Shown here one piece after another: positions 29,955 to 39,567 of a stretch of 64,000 nt of DNA. Position 1 is the stretch's first letter. Every line of letters starts with the position of its first letter. Origin of the DNA: Propionibacteriaceae bacterium (GTDB lineage: Bacteria > Actinomycetota > Actinomycetes > Propionibacteriales > Propionibacteriaceae). The notes beneath the pieces are model-generated. The model worked only from the letters and a program-made list of their open reading frames with translations. It ran no database searches and had not been told where the DNA came from. The position numbers and the translations under genes are program-made. Location: contig JAISJP010000003.1 of NCBI GenBank assembly GCA_031261455.1, forward strand, positions 4,024 to 68,023, in the 5' to 3' direction.

Positions 29955-30974
29955 GTGCCTGAAGTTGACGACGACGCCCGCGCCACTGACGAGCCCGCGT
30001 CCCCGGAGGTCAAGCTGTCACGACGCAGCGCGCTGGCGTCACGCGTGCGCGCGTGGGCGAAGTGGATGGGGGGCCAGCCACTTTGGCGGATCGCCCTCGT
30101 TGGGTTTTTGGTGCTCAGTGCCATTGTGATGTTTGCCGCCACCCGTCCGACCACCCGTCCCCAACCCCCGGTCATCAGCACCACACCTTCGGCGTCTTTC
30201 AACCCACCACCAGCCAACAGTGACCTGATAAGCCCGCCAGCGCTGTCTGCGCTCACGCAAACTATCGTCTACCTTGAAGACAAATACCAGACCAGTTTGG
30301 GCGTCGCGATAGCCCCAATTGCTCCTGCGGGTCGGGCATTCATGCGTCCGTGGACGGGCGGCTCGCTGGTCACCGGGTACGCGTGGGCCACCGCCGACCT
30401 GCCCGTCGCACTGGCCGTGTTGCGTGAACCGAAGGAGCCTAACGACCCCGAATACCTGCTGACAAGGGCATTCAATGACTCATCAGCCGCCGGAGACTTG
30501 GCGCTGTGGCAGTACTTGGGCACTGACACCGTCGCAGCCGAAAAGACGCAGGCCATCATCGTGGAGGCCGGTGACCTGAACACCGTGGTGCGGGTCAACG
30601 AAGCATCTGCGGCACTGGCCCCGTTCGGTCAGACCCGTTGGACGCTGAGTGACCAGGCGATGTTCATGGGGTCGTTCTACTGTATGACCGAGTCCGACCG
30701 GGTGCTCACCCACATGCGGCAACCGTCCCTAGACGACACCTACGGTCTGGGCCTGCTGCCCAGTGTGCGGGTCAAGTCTGGCTCCGGCACCGAGCCCAAC
30801 GGCGTCGACTCGCTGCGCCAAATCGCCCTCGTTGAGGTCGCGACCGGCACACCCTACGCGGTTGCCGTCTCTGCCATTGCCATCGACGGTTCCCTGGCCA
30901 CCGCCAAAGCCGCCCTCAATGAGTTGGCTCCCGCCATCGCAATGATTACTCATGGCATGGACGGTTATTGCTGA
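29955..30974 (+). CDS. membrane-anchored secreted protein, possibly a degenerate class-A beta-lactamase-like fold
   Basis: N-terminal TM segment LWRIALVGFLVLSAIVMFAA, Pro-rich linker. ATAD where S-x-x-K is expected, NDS, and a KSG triad-like VKSGSG. Confidence 0.4.
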   Translation: MPEVDDDARATDEPASPEVKLSRRSALASRVRAWAKWMGGQPLWRIALVGFLVLSAIVMFAATRPTTRPQPPVISTTPSASFNPPPANSDLISPPALSALTQTIVYLEDKYQTSLGVAIAPIAPAGRAFMRPWTGGSLVTGYAWATADLPVALAVLREPKEPNDPEYLLTRAFNDSSAAGDLALWQYLGTDTVAAEKTQAIIVEAGDLNTVVRVNEASAALAPFGQTRWTLSDQAMFMGSFYCMTESDRVLTHMRQPSLDDTYGLGLLPSVRVKSGSGTEPNGVDSLRQIALVEVATGTPYAVAVSAIAIDGSLATAKAALNELAPAIAMITHGMDGYC

Positions 30975-30990
30975 GGGTAAGCTTTCCGCC

Positions 30991-32658
30991 ATGAGCAAAC
31001 GTGAACTCACCGCCATTGATATCTTGGCTGAAAAGTACTTCGACGATTCCGTAGCGGACTCGCCTATCGAGATGACCGGCTTGGGCATCAACGAACGTCA
31101 GGACGAGTGGGACGACTTCTCGCCCGCCGGTCACGAGGCCGACTACCAGCGCGCAAAGAAGACGCTGGCTGCCTTGGCCGCCCTCACCCCGGTTGACGAC
31201 ACCGACCGCGTCACGGCGCATGCGCTGAACGAGCGTCTCTCCATCACGGTGGAGCAGCACGAGACCGGGTCTGACCTTGACAACCTGAACGGCATCGAGT
31301 CGAGTCTGCACAACATTTACATGACGTTCGACCTGATGCCTACGGAGACGGCCGAGCAGCGCAACACCATCGCGCGTCGTCTGGCCGCGATTCCTGCTGC
31401 GGTTGAGGGTTGGTATGCGTCCGAGTTGGCGAGCGTTGCTGCTGGCAAGCCGACCACGTTGCGCCAGTGCGATCTGGTGTCCGGACAGGCAGAGACTTGG
31501 GTGGCTCCGGGTGGCGTCTGGGACAAGTTGGCTGCGCGCATCGCCAAAGATGCCCCGGCGGGCACCGATTTAGCGCTGCTGGAGCAGGGCACTGCCGCCG
31601 CCAAGGAAGCCACAGCGAAGACCATCACCTGGCTGCGCGAGACGCTGCGTCCCCTCGCCGTGGCGCGTGACGGCGTGGGTCCGGAGCGCTACGCGCTGGC
31701 GTCGGCGTACTTCGTTGGCACCCGCGTAGATCAGGAAGCGACTTACGAGTGGGGCAAGCAGCAGGTTGCCGACATAGAGGCTCGTCAGGTGGAGTTGGCT
31801 GCACAGTTGCGCCCCGGCCTGAGCGTCATCGAGACGAAGAAGGCGCTGGACGCCGACCCGAAGTACTCGATCGCCACTAAGGAGGAGTTCCAGAAGTGGA
31901 TGCAGGCCACCGCAAACAACGCGATTGCTGAACTGAACGGCACCCACTTCGACATCCCCACCGAGTTGCAGACCATCGAGTGCATGATCGCCCCGTCCAC
32001 CGATGGCGGCGTCTGGTACACGCACCCCACTGAGGACTTCTCCCGTCCGGGCCGCATGTGGTGGTCCGTCACTCCTGAGGTCACCGGTTTTGGCACATGG
32101 GCTGAGACCACCACCGTCTACCACGAGGGCGTTCCCGGCCATCACCTGCAGATCGGCACTGCCGTCTATCAGAAGGAGCAGTTGAACCGTTGGCGTCAGA
32201 TGGGTGGCTGGACGTCCGGACATGGCGAAGGCTGGGCCTTGTATGCGGAGACGCTGATGCAGGAGCTTGGCTACATGGACGACCCGGGCCTGGCGTTGGG
32301 TCTGCTCGACTCGCAAGCGATGCGTGCGGTGCGTGTGGTCATCGACTTCGGCGTTCACTGCCACTTTGAGGCTCCCGCCGAAGTTGGCGGCGGCGACTGG
32401 ACGTTCGAGAAGGCGCTGCAGTTCTTCAAGAACCACGTCACCGCCCCCGAGGGTCAGATGCTGTTTGAGGTGAACCGCTACTTCGGTTGGGCCGGTCAGG
32501 CTCCCGCCTACAAGATCGGCCAGAAGACGTGGCTAGACATCCGCGGCGCTGTCCGTGAGCGCGAAGGTGACGCCTTCGACCTCAAGAAGTTCCACACCGA
32601 GGCCCTAAACCTAGGCGGCCTAAGCCTAGACACCCTCCGCTACGCGCTCCTGGGTTAG
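30991..32658 (+). CDS. DUF885 domain-containing protein
   Basis: ORF 30952..32658, likely start ATG 30991 (MSKRELTAIDILAEKYF). HEGVPGHHLQ motif. Confidence 0.75.
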   Translation: MSKRELTAIDILAEKYFDDSVADSPIEMTGLGINERQDEWDDFSPAGHEADYQRAKKTLAALAALTPVDDTDRVTAHALNERLSITVEQHETGSDLDNLNGIESSLHNIYMTFDLMPTETAEQRNTIARRLAAIPAAVEGWYASELASVAAGKPTTLRQCDLVSGQAETWVAPGGVWDKLAARIAKDAPAGTDLALLEQGTAAAKEATAKTITWLRETLRPLAVARDGVGPERYALASAYFVGTRVDQEATYEWGKQQVADIEARQVELAAQLRPGLSVIETKKALDADPKYSIATKEEFQKWMQATANNAIAELNGTHFDIPTELQTIECMIAPSTDGGVWYTHPTEDFSRPGRMWWSVTPEVTGFGTWAETTTVYHEGVPGHHLQIGTAVYQKEQLNRWRQMGGWTSGHGEGWALYAETLMQELGYMDDPGLALGLLDSQAMRAVRVVIDFGVHCHFEAPAEVGGGDWTFEKALQFFKNHVTAPEGQMLFEVNRYFGWAGQAPAYKIGQKTWLDIRGAVREREGDAFDLKKFHTEALNLGGLSLDTLRYALLG

Positions 32659-32767
32659 TAGTCTCCACGGAAGGTCGAGTGCGGGTCGCGATGGTTGAGC
32701 GAGAGGTAGCGGTTGTTGCTGTCTGCGACCTTGACAGCAACAAGTCTCATCGTCTTGTCGCCGCTGG

Positions 32768-33364
32768 TCAGCGATTAAAGTGATTCTGCGCAGCCTCAAG
32801 GCCGCGGGTGATTAGCATCTCGACCGCGTCGGAGGCTTCGGAGATGTTGACGGCTAGGGTGTCGGCGTCGCGCTTGGGGAACTGGCCTAGCACGTAGTCA
32901 ACTGGGTTCTGGCTGCCGGGAGGGCGGCCGATGCCGATACGTACCCGGTAGAAATCTCCGGTGCCTAGGTGAGAGCGGATGGACCGCAGGCCGTTGTGGC
33001 CGTTGTCGCCACCGCCCAGCTTGAGCCGCAACGCGCTGAAGTCGATGTCCAACTCGTCGTGAATGACGATGATGTGGTCCGCCGTGACCTTGGCGAACTG
33101 CGCGATCTGCCCAACAGCGATGCCGGACTCGTTCATGAACGTGCGCGGCTTGACGATGATGAGTTTCTCGGCGTCTGCGGACACTACGCCAAGGCCGGAC
33201 GCGGCGATTCGCGTCTCACACACGTCGGCACGAAAGCGCAGCGGCTTCTTGAACGGGGTGTGGGCGCGCGATGCCAACTCGTCGGCACACATGAAACCGA
33301 CGTTGTGGCGCGTGTTTGCGTAACTCGGACCCGGATTACCGAGCCCAGCAACTAGCCACGTCAT
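32768..33364 (-). CDS. pth: peptidyl-tRNA hydrolase
   Basis: MTWLVAGLGNPGPSYANTRHNVGF and GGGDNGHNGLRS motifs. Confidence 0.9.
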   Translation of the reverse strand: MTWLVAGLGNPGPSYANTRHNVGFMCADELASRAHTPFKKPLRFRADVCETRIAASGLGVVSADAEKLIIVKPRTFMNESGIAVGQIAQFAKVTADHIIVIHDELDIDFSALRLKLGGGDNGHNGLRSIRSHLGTGDFYRVRIGIGRPPGSQNPVDYVLGQFPKRDADTLAVNISEASDAVEMLITRGLEAAQNHFNR

Positions 33365-33634
33365 TGTCTCGCCTGTCTTTCATAACAGATCGATGGGAAA
33401 GCTACGTCAAGTCGGTTTGCCAACCAGTTTGGCCGCCAAACCGACAGCGGGAGGAGCGCCGGACCAGCGTTCGAGAAGTGGAAAAACGGCGGACAGCGGA
33501 GAGATCTTCACACCGACCACTTAGGGCGTACCGGGCCAGTCGCGAGGGTATGCGACTACTCGCCGCTTCGATAGCAGGCTCGCACTTGGACGCGTAGGCC
33601 ACGTCCAAGTGCGAACTCTAACTCTTCGGTGCGG

Positions 33635-34246
33635 TTATTCTGCTGCTTCGGCAGCAGCGGTCTCGCCTTCGGCCGTCTCGGCCCCGGCCTCGGCCTCAGC
33701 GATGGCGGCACGCGTGGCGTTGATGGACAGCACCAGCAGCTCCGGATCCTCCGCCAACTCGGCACCCGTCGGCAGCACTAGGTCGCCGAGGGTGACCTGC
33801 GAACCAATCTCCAACCCCTCGACCGACACATCGATCTCGTTGGGGATGTGCGTTGCTTCCGCGTTGATGGCAACGTAAGTGCGGTCCTGGTTGATGATGC
33901 CCTCGGCGACGACATCGCCAGACACCACGAGCTGAACCTCGACGGTGACCTTCTCGCCGCGCTTCACGATGATGAGGTCAACGTGCTCGATGGAGTCGCG
34001 GATCGGGTCGCGCTGCACCTGCTTCGGCAGCGCCAACAGGTTTGCGGCACCCGGCAGCTCGATCTCCAGCAACACGTTCGCCTGACGCAGCGCCAACGCG
34101 GTGGCGTGAGCGGGCAGCGAGATGTGAACGGGATCGGTGCCATGTCCATAGATAACTGCCGGGATACGCCCAGCGCGACGGGTGCGACGGGCAGCACCCT
34201 TGCCAAACTCTTCGCGAGTCTCAGCCTCAAGCTTGATTTCAGCCAT
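33635..34246 (-). CDS. rplY: 50S ribosomal protein L25 / general stress protein Ctc
   Basis: KGAARRTRRAGRIPAVIYGHG N-terminus. Acidic Ala/Glu-rich tail. Confidence 0.9.
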   Translation of the reverse strand: MAEIKLEAETREEFGKGAARRTRRAGRIPAVIYGHGTDPVHISLPAHATALALRQANVLLEIELPGAANLLALPKQVQRDPIRDSIEHVDLIIVKRGEKVTVEVQLVVSGDVVAEGIINQDRTYVAINAEATHIPNEIDVSVEGLEIGSQVTLGDLVLPTGAELAEDPELLVLSINATRAAIAEAEAGAETAEGETAAAEAAE

Positions 34247-34559
34247 TGTTTTCTCCTCAACCTAGGTCTAATAAACACTGCACCAGGGAGGTGGGCTTGT
34301 CGATAACGGACGCATTCGTCCCTCGCCAGGCAGCTTGTTTAGCCTAGTCGTTCAGGCGTGCGCCGAGCAAACCAGCAGTGCTGAAAGCCAGCCAAGACAA
34401 CGGACCCTACGACTGCGCGGAGGGGACCAAAGAGGCACGCGTTAAGTGACGAACGTCTCGCATCGAACGAGACGGCAAAATCTGTTCTAGGAACTCATCG
34501 CGTCATTCTGCACGAAGTTGCAGAATCCACGTGGCGGAGCCGGGGTACCGAGTCGTCGG

Positions 34560-35591
34560 CTACGACGCGGAACCATGGATGGGATCGTCGGCGCCGAAGA
34601 GGCGGGTTACCGAGCCGTTGGTGAACACTTCATGAATCGCCTTTGCCAGCAGCGGGGCGATGGACAGCACCGTCATCTTGGGGATGATAACGTCCTCAGG
34701 GATCGGCAGCGTGTTGCAGAAGATGATCTCCTCTAGGCCGCAGGCGTTGATACGCTCCGCCGCCGGATGCGAGAGCACCGGATGCGTGGACGCAGCGATC
34801 ACTCGCTTGGCACCGTGCTTGAGCAGGGCTTGCGCGGCCTGACAGATGGTGCCAGCGGTGTCCACCATGTCGTCCACAAGCACGCAAGTGTGCCCGGCTA
34901 CATCGCCCACAACCTCGTTGACCTGCACCTCGTTTGCCTTCTTCGGGTCGTGGCGCTTGTGGATGATGGCCAGCGGCACCTGCAATCGGTCAGACCACTC
35001 GTCGGCTAGGCGCACCCGTCCGGCATCTGGAGAGACGATGGTCATGTCGTCCGTCCCGTACTTCTCTTCGACGTAGTCAGCGAGCACTGGCAGGCCAGAC
35101 AGGTGGTCTAGAGGGCCGTCGAAGAAGCCTTGGATCTGCGAGGCGTGCAGGTCCACCGAGATGATGCGGTCGGCCCCTGCGGTACGCAGCAGGTCGGCAA
35201 TCAGGCGCGCCGAGATCGGCTCACGTCCCAAATGTTTCTTGTCCTGACGGCCGTACGGGTAGAACGGCACCACCACAGTGATGCGGCGGGCGGAGGCTCG
35301 TTTCAGGGCGTCCACCATGATGAGCAGCTCCATCACCCACTCGTTCACCGGAACTGGTGTGGCCTGGATGACGAAGGCGTCGCAACCGCGCACACTTTCC
35401 TCATAGCGAACGTAGACCTCAGAGTTGGCGTAGGTGATCAGCCGCGACGGAGTGAGATCGATGCCGAGCAGTTCGGCCACTTCGGTGGCCAGTGCAGGAT
35501 ATCCCCGCCCTGATACGACCATTAACTGTTTTATTTCAGGCTGGGACTCAAAGCGTAGCGACACTATTTCTGCGCACTTTCCGGTTGGCAC
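34560..35591 (-). CDS. prs: ribose-phosphate diphosphokinase
   Basis: VVPFYPYGRQDKK, DLHASQIQGFF and VLVDDMVDTAGT motifs. Exact start uncertain. Confidence 0.9.
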   Translation of the reverse strand: MPTGKCAEIVSLRFESQPEIKQLMVVSGRGYPALATEVAELLGIDLTPSRLITYANSEVYVRYEESVRGCDAFVIQATPVPVNEWVMELLIMVDALKRASARRITVVVPFYPYGRQDKKHLGREPISARLIADLLRTAGADRIISVDLHASQIQGFFDGPLDHLSGLPVLADYVEEKYGTDDMTIVSPDAGRVRLADEWSDRLQVPLAIIHKRHDPKKANEVQVNEVVGDVAGHTCVLVDDMVDTAGTICQAAQALLKHGAKRVIAASTHPVLSHPAAERINACGLEEIIFCNTLPIPEDVIIPKMTVLSIAPLLAKAIHEVFTNGSVTRLFGADDPIHGSAS

Positions 35592-35737
35592 TTAGGCGAG
35601 CTGTTGGGGCGTGCCCTAGTCTAGTCGCTTGTGTAACTTAGGCACACTTGACGTTCGCGCACAGCCACATGCTGCGAGTGGACCCTGCGGCTGCGCGCAG
35701 AGTGACCTCCGCTTCGCTTCGCGCGCCGGATGACAGA

Positions 35738-35852
35738 ATGGTTCACACTGAACGACAGGTGGCGAAACGACGGAAAATGAGGTGTCCAAACGACGGGTTT
35801 TGAGGTGGCGAAACGACGGAAAATGAGGTGTCCAAACGACGGATGGGCTAGT
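35738..35852 (+). repeat. four tandem 23-bp units (two 46-bp doublets) plus a degenerate fifth unit, ending 9 nt before the ATPase ATG
   Basis: ggcgaaacgacggaaaatgaggt / gtccaaacgacgggttttgaggt / ggcgaaacgacggaaaatgaggt / gtccaaacgacggatgggctagt at 35761, 35784, 35807, 35830. Solo copy of ggcgaaacgacgga at 39769..39782. Confidence 0.9.
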
Positions 35853-35860
35853 ATTGTGGC

Positions 35861-37129
35861 ATGTCAAGTTATCTTTCCCGGCTCATAGAACGGCAGTTGA
35901 GCGAACTCCTCTCCGAGTTGCCCGCAATCGCTATTGATGGCGCCAAGGGAGTGGGCAAGACCTCTACGGCGCAGCGGTTCGCCAAGAGCACTTTTCGGCT
36001 AGATGATAATCGAGTCGCCGAGGCGGTACAGGCTCGCCCGGAGGAGCTTCGAGATGCGGCACCACCAGTCTTGTTGGATGAGTGGCAACGCCTCCCTCTG
36101 GTGTGGGACGTGGTGCGTCGTTCAGTAGACGACGACCGCGTGGCAGGCCGTTTCATCCTCACCGGCAGTGCGGTACCGGCACAGACACCAGTACACTCGG
36201 GGGCTGGTCGGATCATTCGACTACGGATGCGACCACTGTCCCTGGCAGAACGATCCCTCGTTGAGCCGACGGTGTCATTGGCTGGTTTGCTGGGCGGGCA
36301 GAGTGAAGTCTCCGGGTCTACAAGCTTCGACTTGCGGGGCTACGTGGATGAAATGCTGCGCTCCGGTTTCCCGGGCCTGCGAGATGGGTCATGGCGAGCA
36401 ATCAGAAACGCGTTGGACAGCTACGTTGACAACATCGTTCAGCGCCAGTTCGCCGAACAAGGCGTTTCGGTGCGCAAACCCGAGACTCTCCGCGCATGGC
36501 TAACTGCGTACGCTGCCGCCACAGGTGGAACCGCGAACTACACCGAGATTCTAGACGCTGCCACGGCAGGACAACCTGACAAACCATCCAAGGATCAGAC
36601 GCTTGTCTATCGAGACGCATTAGCGGACTCTTGGTTAACTGACGAGGTGGCTCCATGGCTTCCCGTCGGTAGTTCACTGCCGACGCTCACGCGGTCGCCT
36701 AAACACTTCTTAGCCGATCCAGCAATCGCGGCACGACTCCTAGACCTCAGCCATGAAAGTCTCTTGAGCGGCGACACCCCCGAACCGCTTGGGCCACAAC
36801 AAAGCACGCTCCTTGGCAGATTCTTTGAGGCACTCGTGGGTCAGAGCCTACAGGTATACGCCGCTGTCAACGAGGCCAAACTCAGTCATCTGCGACTAAA
36901 GGAAGGCAAACGAGAGATTGATTTCGTCATTTCCCGCGGCAGGGACGTTGTCGCGGTCGAGGTCAAGCTCAATCCCACTGTGGACGGTTGGGACGTACGA
37001 CACCTCAACTGGCTCGCAGAGAAGTTCGCCACCTACCACGTCACCAAAATACTCATCACCCCAGGACCCTACGCATACACCCGAAGCGATGGAGTACACG
37101 TTATCCCCGCAGTGTTGCTGGGAGCATAG
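35861..37129 (+). CDS. AAA+ ATPase (AAA_14) with C-terminal DUF4143 / PD-(D/E)xK-like domain
   Basis: Walker A DGAKGVGKTS, Walker B VLLDEWQ. C-terminal EIDFVISRGRDVVAVEVK signature. No SD; TAGTAT 6 nt upstream of the ATG suggests a leaderless mRNA. Confidence 0.8.
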   Translation: MSSYLSRLIERQLSELLSELPAIAIDGAKGVGKTSTAQRFAKSTFRLDDNRVAEAVQARPEELRDAAPPVLLDEWQRLPLVWDVVRRSVDDDRVAGRFILTGSAVPAQTPVHSGAGRIIRLRMRPLSLAERSLVEPTVSLAGLLGGQSEVSGSTSFDLRGYVDEMLRSGFPGLRDGSWRAIRNALDSYVDNIVQRQFAEQGVSVRKPETLRAWLTAYAAATGGTANYTEILDAATAGQPDKPSKDQTLVYRDALADSWLTDEVAPWLPVGSSLPTLTRSPKHFLADPAIAARLLDLSHESLLSGDTPEPLGPQQSTLLGRFFEALVGQSLQVYAAVNEAKLSHLRLKEGKREIDFVISRGRDVVAVEVKLNPTVDGWDVRHLNWLAEKFATYHVTKILITPGPYAYTRSDGVHVIPAVLLGA

Positions 37130-38296
37130 CTACCTATTGCCTTTGGCTCGGTTGTGAGTGACGCACAACATTTGACAGTTGGCTAGGTCGGTCGCACCTC
37201 CATGTGACCAAGCAGTAACGTGGTCTGCCTCCATCTCGTCAGCCTTGTAGATGCGAGTGATGTTTGCGGTGTTGCTTGTGGCACACAACGGACAGTTCGA
37301 CGTGCATTGCCTATTTGCATCTTCAGTTTGGCGCTGGTAGGCCAGCCCCTTGGTCGTGCCATCAAATATGCGAATTGCTAGCAACTCCGGATGCTGTTTG
37401 CCGCCAAGGAGATACTCGTAGATGCCTTTGTGGCTCTTGACTGCCTGATCCCCCATCAGGCGGCGTAGGTCCGATTCCAATTCGGCAGGATCAAACGCGC
37501 AACTGTGGTAGGTCTCATAGAGACGCCCCCACTCCAAACCACGCATCTCCTTGTCTGGAGGTGCGGCGAATACGCTCCCAATCCAGTCAATGACAGACGT
37601 AAAATACGTCTTCAACTCGTTGGTGCTGTCATCCTGACGGTGAAGCGCCATGTAAGCATCAATCGACGTGCCGTGTGCCCCAGCGAGCCACCCTAGCGCG
37701 ACCTCCAACACCTGCTGCCGTTTCGCGTCCCCGTTGATGTAAGCAGACCACTTTTGCAGATTCGCGTTGTGGGAGTTAGAGAACTCGGCCTTCGCCAGCG
37801 TAACGAAAGGCCCTGAGTAGATCGCGTTTAACAGCTCCTGATTGTTCAGTGGCACCCCGGCAATATTGATGGTCTTGAACCACTCCTTAATCTCCTTCTC
37901 CGTACCTGAGCATTCATAGACGAGCAGTTCGCTATCTAGGATCATGGCCTGTTCCTCAAGCGGTAGCGACGAAAATGTCTGTTCCCTGTCATCCACGCGG
38001 ATCGCAAACTTGCCGGTAACAAACCTGCCCACGGACGTAATACGCTGTTGCCCATCCAGCACCTCAAGACAAGAGCCGGCATCATTGAAGTAGATCAGTC
38101 CCAGCGGATAGCCCTTCAACAACGAATCAATGACAGCCACATCCTTCTTGCCATCGTTGTAGATGTAGTTGCGTTGGTACTCCGGTTGAATGACAAGCTT
38201 GCCAGAAAGGCCGTAAAGCCCCTTGCTCTCAAACTCGTTGTAAAAGAACCCCGCCACAACCTCACGTACCGTGTAATGCTTCAGTTCAGTCTTCAC
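37130..38296 (-). CDS. DUF262 (ParB-like/GmrS-like) domain protein fused to a zinc-finger HNH nuclease
   Basis: IQPEYQRNY and [12 protein letters not shown]262 motifs. C-terminal CPLC...[33 protein letters not shown] start overlaps the methylase stop by 11 nt. Confidence 0.8.
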   Translation of the reverse strand: MKTELKHYTVREVVAGFFYNEFESKGLYGLSGKLVIQPEYQRNYIYNDGKKDVAVIDSLLKGYPLGLIYFNDAGSCLEVLDGQQRITSVGRFVTGKFAIRVDDREQTFSSLPLEEQAMILDSELLVYECSGTEKEIKEWFKTINIAGVPLNNQELLNAIYSGPFVTLAKAEFSNSHNANLQKWSAYINGDAKRQQVLEVALGWLAGAHGTSIDAYMALHRQDDSTNELKTYFTSVIDWIGSVFAAPPDKEMRGLEWGRLYETYHSCAFDPAELESDLRRLMGDQAVKSHKGIYEYLLGGKQHPELLAIRIFDGTTKGLAYQRQTEDANRQCTSNCPLCATSNTANITRIYKADEMEADHVTAWSHGGATDLANCQMLCVTHNRAKGNR

Positions 38297-39407
38297 TGGT
38301 TACCTTCCGCTGGATGAAGATTCGCTTGTACGCTCGAATGCCCCGCACCAGTGGTTGCGCGACTTGACTGTCGGAATCCCACAGGCCGTTGGCAAATCCC
38401 TTTCCTTCGGACTCGGTTGCGCCGACAATCTCGAATTGTCCGGGATTGTACTTGTCAAGAAATGTGATGGGAACTCCCATCGTCCCATCATGATCGTCCG
38501 GGATGGCGTCAACAAATGGAACTTCAATAGCGTCGTAATTGTCGTAGCACACGTACCCAATTCCACGTACCTCTTTGTGCTTGCTGAATCTAATATTGTC
38601 CTCCATTGTCATCAGTTGCAGCGGTTCGTGACGACGGCCATGCTCAATGTTGGTGTACCAACACGAGTTTCCCAGCCGGGTGTAGTCATGCTTGTCGTCA
38701 CTGGGGTACCCGAGTCTGGCTGCTTTTCCTCGATCGCTGTCTGCAATGAGTGTGCCTTTGGGGACTCCGAATACCATATCCGTTGTGTTCCCGGTGGCGC
38801 CCTTCCACAACAAGTTCTCTCTAATTAGAGGGAAGACTTCTTTGTAAGTCACAGCGTTGCTATTGCCAATGGCGGCAAACTGCTTATCACCCTGTACGAG
38901 CCATGCGATAAACTCACGGAAAAGACTAAATGGCGGATTCGTGATGACGATATCAGCCTCGTCTCGGAGTCCGGTAACTTCGGCGCTCCGGAAATCGCCG
39001 TCGCCGTCCAAGTATCTCCACTGGAAGTCATCAATGTCAATGGCTCCATCGGCGCTGATATCCTTCGACTCCAACACAAAGAGCTTGCCTTTTGTGCGGT
39101 CTTTGCTCTTATCAAACTGGGGATCAGCAGACCGCGTCGGCATGTAGAAGGTGCTGTGGTTGCTATTGGGCGCGTAACTGGTGGAGATTAGCTTTCTAAG
39201 TCCAAAATCAACGAAATGAAGTGCGAAAAACTTGGTGAAATTGCTCCACTCCGGATCATCACACGGCAGCAGAATCACCTTGCCGCGAAAGACATCTGGG
39301 TCATACTCAAGATAGGCGTTCATCTCCCGCTCGATGTCGGCCCACTGCGTGTAAAACTCGTCGTTCTTGGCCTTGGCCGCGCGCCCAAGCGCGTCGTTGC
39401 CCGCCAT
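38286..39407 (-). CDS. EcoRI-family adenine-specific DNA methyltransferase
   Basis: N-terminal NDEFYTQ motif and ITNPPFSLF (NPPF) catalytic motif. GGGAG SD 7 nt upstream of the ATG. Confidence 0.8.
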   Translation of the reverse strand: MAGNDALGRAAKAKNDEFYTQWADIEREMNAYLEYDPDVFRGKVILLPCDDPEWSNFTKFFALHFVDFGLRKLISTSYAPNSNHSTFYMPTRSADPQFDKSKDRTKGKLFVLESKDISADGAIDIDDFQWRYLDGDGDFRSAEVTGLRDEADIVITNPPFSLFREFIAWLVQGDKQFAAIGNSNAVTYKEVFPLIRENLLWKGATGNTTDMVFGVPKGTLIADSDRGKAARLGYPSDDKHDYTRLGNSCWYTNIEHGRRHEPLQLMTMEDNIRFSKHKEVRGIGYVCYDNYDAIEVPFVDAIPDDHDGTMGVPITFLDKYNPGQFEIVGATESEGKGFANGLWDSDSQVAQPLVRGIRAYKRIFIQRKVTSED

Positions 39408-39487
39408 CAGTGGACTCCCGCACCAATGCGAGAAAGATAGCTCCCCCAGGCCTGAAGCCTAGGCCGTCGCTCTAAACTAGGAGAGAG

Positions 39488-39567
39488 GCCTGCTGCCTGC
39501 TGCCTGCTGCCTGCTGCCTGCTGCCTGCTGCCTGCTGCCTGCTGCCTGCTGCCTGCTGCCTGCTGCC
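39488..39567 (-). repeat. perfect heptanucleotide tandem repeat, GCCTGCT x11 plus 3 nt (AGCAGGC on the methylase strand)
   Basis: Counted unit by unit from 39488 to 39564, with partial gcc at 39565..39567. Lies 81-160 nt upstream of the methylase ATG. Confidence 0.95.

Noticed and set aside
35616-35867. 83-aa minus-strand ORF spanning the 23-bp repeat array.
   Set aside because: The 23-nt period is not a multiple of 3, so the repeats are read in changing frames. No SD and no family resemblance. Treated as non-coding repeat DNA.
35738-39567. Whether the 23-bp array or the heptamer tract could be a CRISPR array.
   Set aside because: The units are directly abutting with no unique spacers. Unit lengths (23 and 7 nt) and the absence of cas genes do not fit CRISPR.
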